Part shown: positions 29,937 through 38,271 of the stretch, piece after piece
Layout of the letters: the number at the start of each line of letters is the position of its first letter
Numbering within the stretch: position 1 is the first letter of the stretch
Source: Candidatus Rokuibacteriota bacterium
GTDB lineage: Bacteria; Methylomirabilota; Methylomirabilia; Rokubacteriales; CSP1-6
Length of the DNA stretch: 64,000 nucleotides
Assembly: GCA_016184305.1 (NCBI GenBank)
Contig: JACPCX010000176.1
Span: 6,606 to 70,605 of the forward strand
Reading direction: 5' to 3'
The notes under the pieces: model-generated
Told to the model about the DNA's origin: nothing
Databases searched by the model: none
The model's input: the letters and a program-made list of their open reading frames with translations, nothing else
Translations under genes and position numbers: made by a program

Positions 29937-30458
29937 GTGGCGATATTGTCGGTGAGGCGCTATGGCGACCCCATCCTCAGGCAGAAGGCCACACCGGTCG
30001 CGTCCCTGACGCCCGCCATCACGACGATCCTCGAGGACATGGTGGAGACCATGTTCCAGCAGGTCGGGATCGGTTTGGCGGCGCCGCAGGTGGGCATCCC
30101 GCTCCGCCTGATCGTCATGGACGATGGCAAGCGGGGCGCCCGGGCGCTGGTGAACCCGGTCATCATCGAACGGCGCGGGGCGGTGCGCGCGGAAGAGGGG
30201 TGCCTGTCCCTGCCGGGGATCTTCGCCGAGGTGGAGCGGAGCGAATCGGTGCGGGTCGAAGCGCTGGACGGCGACGGCGCGCCCGTCTCCTTCGAGGCCC
30301 GCGACCTGCACGCTCGCGTGATTCAGCACGAGGTGGACCACCTGGACGGAATCCTCTTCATCGACCATCTGCCTCCCGTCACGCGGGACCGGATCAAGAA
30401 GCGGATCCAGAAGGACGGGCTGCCCGAGGCGGCCCCCCACCACGCCTTCGCGCTCTAG
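29937..30458 (+). CDS. def: Peptide deformylase
   Basis: GIGLAAPQVG, EGCLSLPG, QHEVDHLDG motifs. Confidence 0.9.
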   Translation: MAILSVRRYGDPILRQKATPVASLTPAITTILEDMVETMFQQVGIGLAAPQVGIPLRLIVMDDGKRGARALVNPVIIERRGAVRAEEGCLSLPGIFAEVERSESVRVEALDGDGAPVSFEARDLHARVIQHEVDHLDGILFIDHLPPVTRDRIKKRIQKDGLPEAAPHHAFAL

Positions 30459-30460
30459 CC

Positions 30461-30489
30461 GGTTGCTGAAAAACTCGCAGGCTGCTCAA
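30461..30489 (+). repeat. Solo 29-nt copy of the left end of the 12265-12472 element (GGTTGCTGAAAAACTCGCAGGCTGCTCAA)
   Basis: Exact 29/29 match to 12265-12293. In both loci it begins 2-3 nt after a TAG stop. Confidence 0.8.
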
Positions 30490-30491
30490 TA

Positions 30492-31442
30492 ATGTCCGCT
30501 AGGCCGCGCGTGCGCGTTCTCTTCTACGGGACGCCCGACTTCGCCCTGCCCACGCTCGAGGCCCTCCTCGCGGGGCACGAGGTGGTGGGCGTGGTCACCC
30601 AGCCCGACCGGCCCGCGGGTCGCGGACAGCGGTTGCAGCCCTCGCCTGTGAAGCGGCGGGCGGAGGCAGCCGGAGTGCCCGTGCTGCAGCCGGCGAGGCT
30701 TCGCGATCCCGGATGGCCCGAGCGCCTGGCAGCCCTCGGGGCCGAGGTCGCGGTGGTGGTGGCCTTCGGCCAGATCCTCCCCAGGCCCGTGCTCGACGTC
30801 CCCCGGCGCGGCTCGATCAACGTGCACGCCTCGCTCCTGCCGCGTTACCGGGGTGCCGCGCCCATCGCGTGGGCTATCATCCGCGGGGAGACCGAGACGG
30901 GTATCACCACCTTCCAGATGGACCCGGGCATGGACACGGGTCAGATCCTCCTCCAGGCGCGCACCCCGATCGCGAGTGAGGAAACAGCCGGCGAGCTGGC
31001 GGCGCGGCTGTCTCGTCTGGGTGCGACGGTCCTCCTGGGAACCCTCGAGCGCCTCGGCTGGCTCACCCCGACCCCTCAGGATCACGCGGCGGCCACGCTC
31101 GCGCCTCGACTCAAGAAGGAGGACGGCTGGCTCCGGCTGGACGAGCCTGCACGGAACCTCGTCAACCGGATCCGCGGCTGCAACCCGTGGCCCGGCGGGG
31201 CAGTGATGGCCCCGGGGGGCCGCCTCCTCATCTGGCGCGCGATCGTCGTGCCGGACCCGGCCGCGACCGAGCCCGGCACGCTCATGTCCGCCGGCCCCGG
31301 GACCATCGCCGTCGCCACCGGCACTGGCCTCCTGCTCCCGATCGAAGTGCAGCCCGAGAACCGCAGGGCCATGCCGTGGGACGATTTCCTCCGCGGCGCC
31401 CGTCTCGCCCCCGGCGCCCGCTTCAGCGACATCGGTCCATGA
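30492..31442 (+). CDS. fmt: Methionyl-tRNA formyltransferase
   Basis: RVLFYGTPDFALPTLEAL...NVHASLLPRYRGAAPI. 316 aa. Confidence 0.9.
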   Translation: MSARPRVRVLFYGTPDFALPTLEALLAGHEVVGVVTQPDRPAGRGQRLQPSPVKRRAEAAGVPVLQPARLRDPGWPERLAALGAEVAVVVAFGQILPRPVLDVPRRGSINVHASLLPRYRGAAPIAWAIIRGETETGITTFQMDPGMDTGQILLQARTPIASEETAGELAARLSRLGATVLLGTLERLGWLTPTPQDHAAATLAPRLKKEDGWLRLDEPARNLVNRIRGCNPWPGGAVMAPGGRLLIWRAIVVPDPAATEPGTLMSAGPGTIAVATGTGLLLPIEVQPENRRAMPWDDFLRGARLAPGARFSDIGP

Positions 31443-31588
31443 ACGCCGCCCCGATGAGCGCCGCAGGCGCGAAGAGGCCGAACCGCAACCCGGGATCCTC
31501 CACATTCAAGCGACCCGAACAGAGCGCCGCAGGCGCGAAGAGGCCGAACCGCAACCCGAAATCATCCACATTCAGGCGACCTGAATGA
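31439..31588 (+). CDS. Candidate repeat-encoded basic sORF (49 aa) bridging fmt and rsmB
   Basis: MNAAPMSAAGAKRPNRNPGSSTFKRPEQSAAGAKRPNRNPKSSTFRRPE. Its ATG overlaps the fmt TGA (ATGA) and its TGA overlaps the rsmB ATG (ATGA). Coding status is unproven. Confidence 0.3.
   Translation: MNAAPMSAAGAKRPNRNPGSSTFKRPEQSAAGAKRPNRNPKSSTFRRPE
31457..31588 (+). repeat. Two tandem 66-nt repeats (AGCGCCGCAGGCGCGAAGAGGCCGAACCGCAACCCG..ATC.TCCACATTCARGCGACC...)
   Basis: Copies at 31457-31522 and 31523-31588 are about 90% identical. Each carries a GCGCC-GCA-GGCGC hairpin. Confidence 0.8.
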
Positions 31589-32943
31589 CCCCCATTCTCC
31601 GGGCTGGCCCGGTGTCCCAGGCGCGCTTCGAGGCGCTGGGGATCCTGGTCCGGGTGGAGGCGGACCGGGCCTTCGCCGACATCGCGCTCGAGACCGCCCT
31701 CGAGAAGGCTGCGCTCGAGCCGAGGGATGCCGCGCTGTGCACCGAGATCGTCTACGGTGCCCTGCGCTGGCAGCGGCACCTGGACTGGCGCCTCGGGCCT
31801 CACCTGCACCGCCCCTTGACCAAGCTCGATCCGTGGGTGCGCGCCCTCCTGCGCCTGACCGCATACCAGATCCTCTTCCTCGACCGCGTCCCGCGCTGGG
31901 CGGCCGTGGACGAGGCGGTGAGCCTCGCCAAGCTCAAGGCGCGCAACCCGGGGCCGGCCGAATTCGTCAACGCCGTGCTCCGCTCGCTCACGCGGACGCC
32001 GGCGCCGCCGCCAGCCCCGGACTCGCCCGTGGCCGCCGTCGGGGTCCGCTGGTCCTTCCCCGACTGGCTGGTCGCGCGCTGGTTCGCCCGCTACGGCCGC
32101 CCGGAAGCGGAAGCCCTGATGGCAGCCCTCTGCGAGCGCCCGCCGCTCACCGTGCGCGCCAATACACTGCGCTGCTCCCGCGACATCGTGGCCGCGCGGC
32201 TGCGCGAGGAGGAGATGGCGGAGGCGCGGCCCACGGCGCTCGCCCCCGAGGGGCTCGTCGTCGAGCGCGGCATCCCGGGGGGCTGGAAGGCCTTCGCCGA
32301 CGGGGCCTGCACCGTGCAGGACGAGGCCTCCATGCTCGTCGCCCGCCTCCTGGCCCCCCGGCCCGGCGAGGTCGTGGCCGACACCTGCGCGGCCCCCGGG
32401 ACCAAGGCCACCCACCTGGCCCAGCTCATGGAGAACCGCGGCACGATCATCGCCATCGACCCCCAGGCAGCCAGGCTCCGACTCGTGGCCAAGGCGGCGG
32501 CCCGGCTCGGTGTGACCATCATCGAATGTCACACCGGCCCGGTGGAGACATTCGCCAGGCACTGGAAGGAGCGCTGCGACCGCGTGCTCGTTGACGCGCC
32601 CTGCTCCAACCTGGGCGTCCTCCGCCGGAATCCCGAGGTCAAGTGGCGCCGCACGGAGGAGGACCTGCGGCGCCTCCAGCAGAAACAGCGCGCGATCCTC
32701 GCCGCGGCCGCGTTGCTCGTCAGGCCGGGCGGGCGACTCGTCTATGCCACGTGCTCGCTCGAGCCCGACGAGAACGAGGACGTGGTGTTGCCGTTCCTCG
32801 AGTCACACCGAGACTGGCGCGTGGATCCGCCCGCGGAGTTCCCCGTGGCCCCCGATGCTGCGGGCATTGTCCGGCTCCTCCCGCATGTCCACGGCACCGA
32901 CGGCTTCAGCGCCATCCGCCTGCGCCGCCGGCCTGCCCCGTAG
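31585..32943 (+). CDS. rsmB: 16S rRNA (cytosine967-C5)-methyltransferase RsmB/Sun
   Basis: NusB-like N-terminus, then SAM motif DTCAAPGTKATHL and catalytic DAPCS...YATCS. Confidence 0.85.
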   Translation: MTPILRAGPVSQARFEALGILVRVEADRAFADIALETALEKAALEPRDAALCTEIVYGALRWQRHLDWRLGPHLHRPLTKLDPWVRALLRLTAYQILFLDRVPRWAAVDEAVSLAKLKARNPGPAEFVNAVLRSLTRTPAPPPAPDSPVAAVGVRWSFPDWLVARWFARYGRPEAEALMAALCERPPLTVRANTLRCSRDIVAARLREEEMAEARPTALAPEGLVVERGIPGGWKAFADGACTVQDEASMLVARLLAPRPGEVVADTCAAPGTKATHLAQLMENRGTIIAIDPQAARLRLVAKAAARLGVTIIECHTGPVETFARHWKERCDRVLVDAPCSNLGVLRRNPEVKWRRTEEDLRRLQQKQRAILAAAALLVRPGGRLVYATCSLEPDENEDVVLPFLESHRDWRVDPPAEFPVAPDAAGIVRLLPHVHGTDGFSAIRLRRRPAP

Positions 32944-33007
32944 CCCCCGCCCGCCCGGGATCGTGGGGAGTTTGCGGGCATACCGGCGGGTCGAGTATGG
33001 TGGTGGC

Positions 33008-33670
33008 ATGATCAAGATCGCGCCCAGCATCCTCTCGGCCGACTTCGCCGCGCTGGGCGAGGCCATCGCGCGCGTCGAGGCCGGGGGGGCCGATCTGCTC
33101 CACGTGGACGTGATGGACGGCCACTTCGTTCCCAACCTCACGATCGGCCCACCCGTCATCGAGTCTATCCGCAAGCGGACCCGGCTCCCGCTGGACGTCC
33201 ACCTCATGATCGAGGAACCCGAGCGGTGGGTGGAGACCTATGTGAGGGCTGGCGCGGATCTCCTGACCGTCCATGCCGAAGCATGTCCCCATCTGCAGCG
33301 CTGCCTGTCCCAGATCCGGGAGGCGGGAGCCCGGGCGGGGATGGCCCTCAATCCCGGGACGCCGCCAGGGGTCCTGGACTATCTCCTCGACGATGTGGAC
33401 CTCATCCTGGTCATGTCGGTCAACCCCGGGTTCGCAGGCCAATCCTTCATCCCGTCGGCATACGCAAAGGTCAGACAATTAAGGACTTTGATCGGCCGAC
33501 GGGCCACCGAGCTGTCTGTGGATGGGGGGATCAAGCGGGAGCATGCCGCTCCCCTGGCTCAGGCGGGAGCGACCGTGCTAGTGGCGGGTTCGGCCATCTT
33601 CGGCTCGGCAGAGCCGGGCGAGGCCGTCCGGGAGATGAGGAGTGCCTCGGAAGTAGTGAAATTGGCTTGA
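33008..33670 (+). CDS. rpe: Ribulose-phosphate 3-epimerase
   Basis: The start was refined to ATG 33008. MIKIAPSILSADFAALGE...HVDVMDGHFVPN...VMSVNPGFAGQSF. Confidence 0.9.
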   Translation: MIKIAPSILSADFAALGEAIARVEAGGADLLHVDVMDGHFVPNLTIGPPVIESIRKRTRLPLDVHLMIEEPERWVETYVRAGADLLTVHAEACPHLQRCLSQIREAGARAGMALNPGTPPGVLDYLLDDVDLILVMSVNPGFAGQSFIPSAYAKVRQLRTLIGRRATELSVDGGIKREHAAPLAQAGATVLVAGSAIFGSAEPGEAVREMRSASEVVKLA

Positions 33671-33728
33671 CTTTCCCTTTCTCCGCACTTACCCTCTGAC
33701 TTTCCACGACTAAATTTCCGGAGCGGCA

Positions 33729-35072
33729 ATGTTCGATAGCCTCACCACTCGTCTGACCGGGATATTCGATCGGCTCCGCGGATTCGGCCGGCTGACGGAG
33801 GAGAATATCCAGGAGGCCCTCCGCGAAGTGCGGGTGGCCCTCCTCGAGGCCGACGTCAATTTCAAGGTCGTCAAGGCGTTCGTCGAGCGCGTCAGGGAAA
33901 AGGCCCAAGGGCAGGACGTTCTCAAGTCGCTGACCCCGGGCCAGCAGGTGGTCAAGGTGGTGCGCGATGAGTTGGTGGAGCTGCTGGGTGGCTCTGGCCA
34001 TCGGCTCGCCATGGCCCCCCACCCGCCCACGGTGATCATGCTCGTGGGCCTGCAGGGATCGGGCAAGACGACGAGCGCGGCCAAGCTCGGCCGTCACTTC
34101 CAGAAGCAGGGGTTGCACCCGATCCTGGCCTCGGCGGACATCTACCGCCCCGCGGCCGTCGACCAGCTCAAGACGCTGGGGGCCCAGCTCGGCATCCCCG
34201 TGCTCGGGGACGCGGCGCAGAAGCCCGTGGCCATCTGCCGCCAGGCGCGGGACGAGGCTGCACAGCGGGGGCTGTCGCCGCTGATCCTGGACACGGCGGG
34301 CCGCCTCCACATCGACGAGGGGATGCTGGAGGAGCTGCGGGCGATCAAGCGGGAGGTCGGTCCGCATCACGTCCTCCTGGTGGTGGACGCCATGACGGGC
34401 CAGGACGCCGTCACCGTGGCGGACCGGTTCAATCAGGCCGTCGGCGTGGACGCCATCGTGCTCACGAAGATGGACGGCGACGCGCGCGGCGGGGCGGCCC
34501 TGTCGGTGCGCGAGGTGACGGGACGCCCCATCGCCTTCGTGGGCGTGGGCGAGAAGACCGAGGCCCTCGAGCCGTTTCACCCGGATCGGCTGGCGCAGCG
34601 CATCCTCGGCATGGGCGATGTGCTCTCGCTCGTGGAGCGAGCCCAGGCCGCGGTGGACCAGACCCAGGCCGAGAACCTGGCGCGGAAGATCCGCGAGGAG
34701 AGCTTCACCCTCGAGGACTTCGCCCAGCAGCTCAAGCAACTGCGCTCCATGGGGCCGCTGGACCAGCTCATGGACATGGTGCCGTTCTTCAAGGGCGGCA
34801 AGGGCATGCCCCGGGAGCTCCAGGGCGAGGAGCACGAGCTCCAGCGGTTCGAGGCGATCATCGCCTCCATGACGCCGAGGGAGCGGACCACGCCGGCGAT
34901 CATCAACGGCGGCCGGCGCGCCCGCATCGCCAGGGGCAGCGGCACGTCAGTGTCGGACGTGAACCGGCTGCTCAAGCAGCACGCGCAGCTCAAGAAGATG
35001 ATGAAGGGGCTCAAGCAGATGGAAGGGCGGATGGGCAAGCTCAAGGGCGCGCTCCCGTTCCTCCCGCGATGA
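33729..35072 (+). CDS. ffh: Signal recognition particle protein Ffh
   Basis: MFDSLT.RL...GLQGSGKTTS, DTAGRL, TKMDGDARGGAALS, and an M-domain. Confidence 0.95.
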   Translation: MFDSLTTRLTGIFDRLRGFGRLTEENIQEALREVRVALLEADVNFKVVKAFVERVREKAQGQDVLKSLTPGQQVVKVVRDELVELLGGSGHRLAMAPHPPTVIMLVGLQGSGKTTSAAKLGRHFQKQGLHPILASADIYRPAAVDQLKTLGAQLGIPVLGDAAQKPVAICRQARDEAAQRGLSPLILDTAGRLHIDEGMLEELRAIKREVGPHHVLLVVDAMTGQDAVTVADRFNQAVGVDAIVLTKMDGDARGGAALSVREVTGRPIAFVGVGEKTEALEPFHPDRLAQRILGMGDVLSLVERAQAAVDQTQAENLARKIREESFTLEDFAQQLKQLRSMGPLDQLMDMVPFFKGGKGMPRELQGEEHELQRFEAIIASMTPRERTTPAIINGGRRARIARGSGTSVSDVNRLLKQHAQLKKMMKGLKQMEGRMGKLKGALPFLPR

Positions 35073-35096
35073 CCACATCGAGAGCGAGGTGATCCA

Positions 35097-35345
35097 GTGG
35101 CAGTCCACATTCGACTGAGACGTACGGGGACGACGAAGAAGCCGGCGTATCGCGTGGTGGTGGCCGACTCCCGGGCGGCACGGGACGGGCGGTTCATCGA
35201 GGTGATCGGGCACTACAACCCGCTCACCAACCCGCCGACCCTCAAGATCGAGACGGAGAAGGCCTCGGCGTGGATCAAGAAGGGCGCGCAGCCGTCCAAC
35301 ACCGTGAAGAACCTCCTCGTCCGGGCCGGCGTGAAGAACGGGTAG
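35097..35345 (+). CDS. rpsP: 30S ribosomal protein S16
   Basis: [41 protein letters not shown]. Confidence 0.9.
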   Translation: MAVHIRLRRTGTTKKPAYRVVVADSRAARDGRFIEVIGHYNPLTNPPTLKIETEKASAWIKKGAQPSNTVKNLLVRAGVKNG

Positions 35346-35351
35346 ACGGCA

Positions 35352-35502
35352 GGGCGAGCTGAGCCGCGCCCCGCGGCGAGGCGAGCGGACATGGGAATCC
35401 CCCGAGCGGAGCGAGGCGGGCGAGCTGAGCCGCGCCCCGCGGCGAGGCGAGCGGATATGGGAATCCCCCGAGCGGAGCGAGGCGGGCGAGCGTGAGCGAG
35501 CC
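35352..35502 (+). repeat. 66-nt tandem repeat, 2.3 copies, in the rpsP-rimM spacer. The last partial copy contains the rimM GTG.
   Basis: Copies start at 35352, 35418 and 35484 (partial). Unit: GGGCGAGCTGAGCCGCGCCCCGCGGCGAGGCGAGCGGAYATGGGAATCCCCCGAGCGGAGCGAGGC. It shares GGCGAGG.GAGCGGA...GGGCGAG.GTGAGCGAGCC with the 12265-12472 element. Confidence 0.8.
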
Positions 35503-36028
35503 AGGCGCGGCTCCGCCGCTGGTGGCGGTCGGGGAGATTCTGCGGCCCCACGGGATCAAGGGCGATGTGAGGGTCCGGCCGCTGACGGATCACCCGCAGG
35601 AGCGCTTCGACAGGCTTCGCGAGTGCTTCCTCTGGGATCCCGCGACCGATCGGCGCGAGCGGTGCCGGATCGCCTCGCATCGCTTCGACGGGGACGGCGT
35701 GCTGGTGCGCCTGGAGGGGGTGGAGTCGCCCGAAGCGGCTCGCTCACTCAGCGGGCGGCTCATGGCCGTCCCGAGGGCCGAGGCCCTGCCGCCGGCGCCG
35801 GGGCGGTTCTACCCCTGGCAGCTCGAAGGCGCCGCCGTGGAGACGCCGCAGGGACGACAGCTGGGGACGTTCCTCCGGGTGGAGGGCTCGTCGGGGCAGC
35901 CGCTGTGGGTGATCGGCGACGGCGAGCGGGAGTGGCTGCTGCCGGCGGTGCCGGAGCTCGTGATCGAGGTGGACGTGGCGGGGCGCCGCATTGTGGCGGA
36001 TCCGCCGGAGGGGCTGGTGGAGCTGTGA
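35492..36028 (+). CDS. rimM: Ribosome maturation factor RimM
   Basis: VAVGEILRPHGIKGDVRV plus a PRC-barrel C-terminus. GTG start; a later start near 35521 is possible. Confidence 0.85.
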   Translation: MSEPGAAPPLVAVGEILRPHGIKGDVRVRPLTDHPQERFDRLRECFLWDPATDRRERCRIASHRFDGDGVLVRLEGVESPEAARSLSGRLMAVPRAEALPPAPGRFYPWQLEGAAVETPQGRQLGTFLRVEGSSGQPLWVIGDGEREWLLPAVPELVIEVDVAGRRIVADPPEGLVEL

Positions 36029-36771
36029 GGATCGACATCGTCACGCTGTTCCCGGGGATGCTCGAAGGCGCCCTCGGCGAGTCGATCATGGGCCGCGCGC
36101 GGGCGCGGGGGCTCGTGGACGTCAGGGTCCGCAACCTGCGGGCGCACGCGCAGGGCACGCATCACGTGACGGACGATGCCCCCTTTGGCGGGGGCGGCGG
36201 CATGATCCTGAAACCCGAGCCGCTTGCGGCCTGCATCGGGACGCTCCGGGCACCCGGCTCGTGGGTGATCCTGCTGGACCCGGCGGGACGGCGCTTCACG
36301 CAGGAGATCGCGCGGGAGCTGGCGCGGCGTCCCCACCTGGTGCTGGTGTGCGGGCGGTACGAGGGCGTGGACGAGCGGGTGCGGGTGCACGTGGTGGACG
36401 AGGATCTGTCCATCGGAGACTACGTGCTCTCGGGCGGCGAGCCGGCGGCCCTCGTGGTGACGGACGCGGTGGTGCGGCTCTGTCCGGGCGTGCTCGGCCA
36501 GGAGTCGGCGCCGGAGCGGGACTCGTTCTCGCGCGGCCTGCTCGAGCACCCGCAGTACACGCGGCCGGAGCGGTTCGGTGACTGGGCGGTGCCGCCCGTG
36601 CTCCTCTCGGGCGACCACGGGCGGATCGACGCGTGGCGACGGGTCATGTCGGTGTGGCAGACGTGGCAGCGCAGGCGGGACCTCCTGGAGACCGCCGATC
36701 TCTCACCGGAAGAGCAGAAGTGGGTGGATGGTTTCAGCCAGGGCCGAACGCCCTCGGACTACATCACGTAA
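36025..36771 (+). CDS. trmD: tRNA (guanine37-N1)-methyltransferase TrmD
   Basis: GTGA overlap with rimM. RIDIVTLFPGM...DDAPFGGGGGMILKPEP...CGRYEGVDERV...SIGDYVLSGGE. Confidence 0.9.
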   Translation: MRIDIVTLFPGMLEGALGESIMGRARARGLVDVRVRNLRAHAQGTHHVTDDAPFGGGGGMILKPEPLAACIGTLRAPGSWVILLDPAGRRFTQEIARELARRPHLVLVCGRYEGVDERVRVHVVDEDLSIGDYVLSGGEPAALVVTDAVVRLCPGVLGQESAPERDSFSRGLLEHPQYTRPERFGDWAVPPVLLSGDHGRIDAWRRVMSVWQTWQRRRDLLETADLSPEEQKWVDGFSQGRTPSDYIT

Positions 36772-36786
36772 GGAGTAGAGAGGGAC

Positions 36787-37176
36787 ATGGAAGCGATTCG
36801 ACTCATCGACGCGGCACAGCTGAAGAAGGACCGCGGGGGGTTCGCGCCCGGTGACACGGTGAAGGTGGCCGTGAAGGTGGTGGAAGGGGAGAAGGAGCGG
36901 CTGCAGGCCTTCGAGGGCGTGGTCATCCGGAAGCGGGGCGGCGGCGCCAGCGCCTCGTTCACCGTGCGGCGGATCTCGTACGGCGTGGGCGTGGAGCGCA
37001 CCTTCCCGCTGCACTCGCCTCGGATCGACAAGATCCAGGTCATGAAGCGCGCGGTGGTCCGCCGCGCCAAGCTCTACTACCTCCGCCAGCTGGCCGGCAA
37101 GGCCGCCCGGCTCAAGGAGAAGCGCTTCGTCCACGTGCCGGCCTCGGGCGCCTCGGGGGAGACGCCCTCGAGCTGA
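36787..37176 (+). CDS. rplS: 50S ribosomal protein L19
   Basis: [33 protein letters not shown]...[13 protein letters not shown]. Confidence 0.9.
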   Translation: MEAIRLIDAAQLKKDRGGFAPGDTVKVAVKVVEGEKERLQAFEGVVIRKRGGGASASFTVRRISYGVGVERTFPLHSPRIDKIQVMKRAVVRRAKLYYLRQLAGKAARLKEKRFVHVPASGASGETPSS

Positions 37177-37249
37177 GGGCGGACCCACGGCCGCGCCGTA
37201 TCGGTTCGAGCGAGAGGCCTGGCGCCGAGGCCTGACCCGGGTCGCGGGG

Positions 37250-37813
37250 GTGGACGAGGCCGGGCGAGGCCCGCTGGCGGGACCGGTGGTGGCCGCCGCG
37301 GTGATCCTGGCGCCGGGGAGTCCCATCGAGGGGCTGGACGACTCGAAGCGAGTGGCGCCCGCCGAACGGGAGCGGCTCTTCGACCTGATCCGGGAGCGGG
37401 CCGTGGCGGTCGGCGTGGGGACGGCGGATGTGGCGACCATCGACCGCGTCAACATCCTCGAGGCCACGCGGCTCGCCATGGGCGAGGCGCTCGCGGGGCT
37501 CGGCGTGACGCCCGAGCTGGTCCTGACCGACCACGTCGCGCTGCGGGGCCTCGGGTGCCCGCAGCGGAATCTGGTGCGGGGCGATCAGCGGTCGGCGACC
37601 GTGGCGGCGGCCTCGATCATCGCCAAGGTGACGCGCGACCGGATCATGGAGGCGCTGGACCGTGAGTTTCCCGCGTACGGCTTCGGCCGGCACAGGGGCT
37701 ACCCGACTCCCGCTCATCAGCGGGCGATCCTGGAGCACGGGCCCTGTCCCGTGCACCGCATGAGCTTTCGCGGGGTGGGGCGACAGGGCAAGCTGTTCGG
37801 GGAACCGACGTGA
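37250..37813 (+). CDS. rnhB: Ribonuclease HII
   Basis: GVDEAGRGPLAGPVVAAAV...DSK...ASIIAKV.RD. The frame is open upstream but has no ATG/GTG/TTG before 37250, so the N-terminus is uncertain. Confidence 0.85.
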   Translation: MDEAGRGPLAGPVVAAAVILAPGSPIEGLDDSKRVAPAERERLFDLIRERAVAVGVGTADVATIDRVNILEATRLAMGEALAGLGVTPELVLTDHVALRGLGCPQRNLVRGDQRSATVAAASIIAKVTRDRIMEALDREFPAYGFGRHRGYPTPAHQRAILEHGPCPVHRMSFRGVGRQGKLFGEPT

Positions 37814-37845
37814 TGGTCGATCGCGTGTCGATCAAGGAGTGACGC

Positions 37846-38226
37846 GTGCCTACTGACACTCGCAGGGCCACAGGGATCAGGGGGGAGGAGGAAGCGGCGC
37901 GCTTCCTGGCGCGCTGCGGCTACGCCATCCTGGACAAGAACGTCCGGACGAGGGCCGGCGAGATCGACCTCGTCGCCAAGGAGGGCAAGACCCTCGTCTT
38001 CGTCGAGGTCAAGACGCGCAGGGACCTCGCGGGCGATCCGCCCCAGGCGGCCGTGAACACGCGCAAGCAGAACCGGCTGGGGAAGCTGGCGCACGGCTAC
38101 CTGAAGCTCCGCCGGTTGCGGGAGATGCCGTGCCGCTTCGACGTCGTGGCGGTGATCGTGAACGAGGAGGGCGGCGTCAAGGCGATCCGCCACATCCCCA
38201 ATGCCTTTTCCGTCGCCGCCTGGTAG
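37846..38226 (+). CDS. yraN: YraN-family (UPF0102) endonuclease
   Basis: GEEEAARFLARCGYAILDKNVRTRAGEIDLVAKEG.TLVFVEVKTR...RFDVVAV. Confidence 0.8.
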   Translation: MPTDTRRATGIRGEEEAARFLARCGYAILDKNVRTRAGEIDLVAKEGKTLVFVEVKTRRDLAGDPPQAAVNTRKQNRLGKLAHGYLKLRRLREMPCRFDVVAVIVNEEGGVKAIRHIPNAFSVAAW

Positions 38227-38271
38227 GCTCGCGCCGATCGACCGGCAGGCCGAGCGCATGGGAGAACACGG

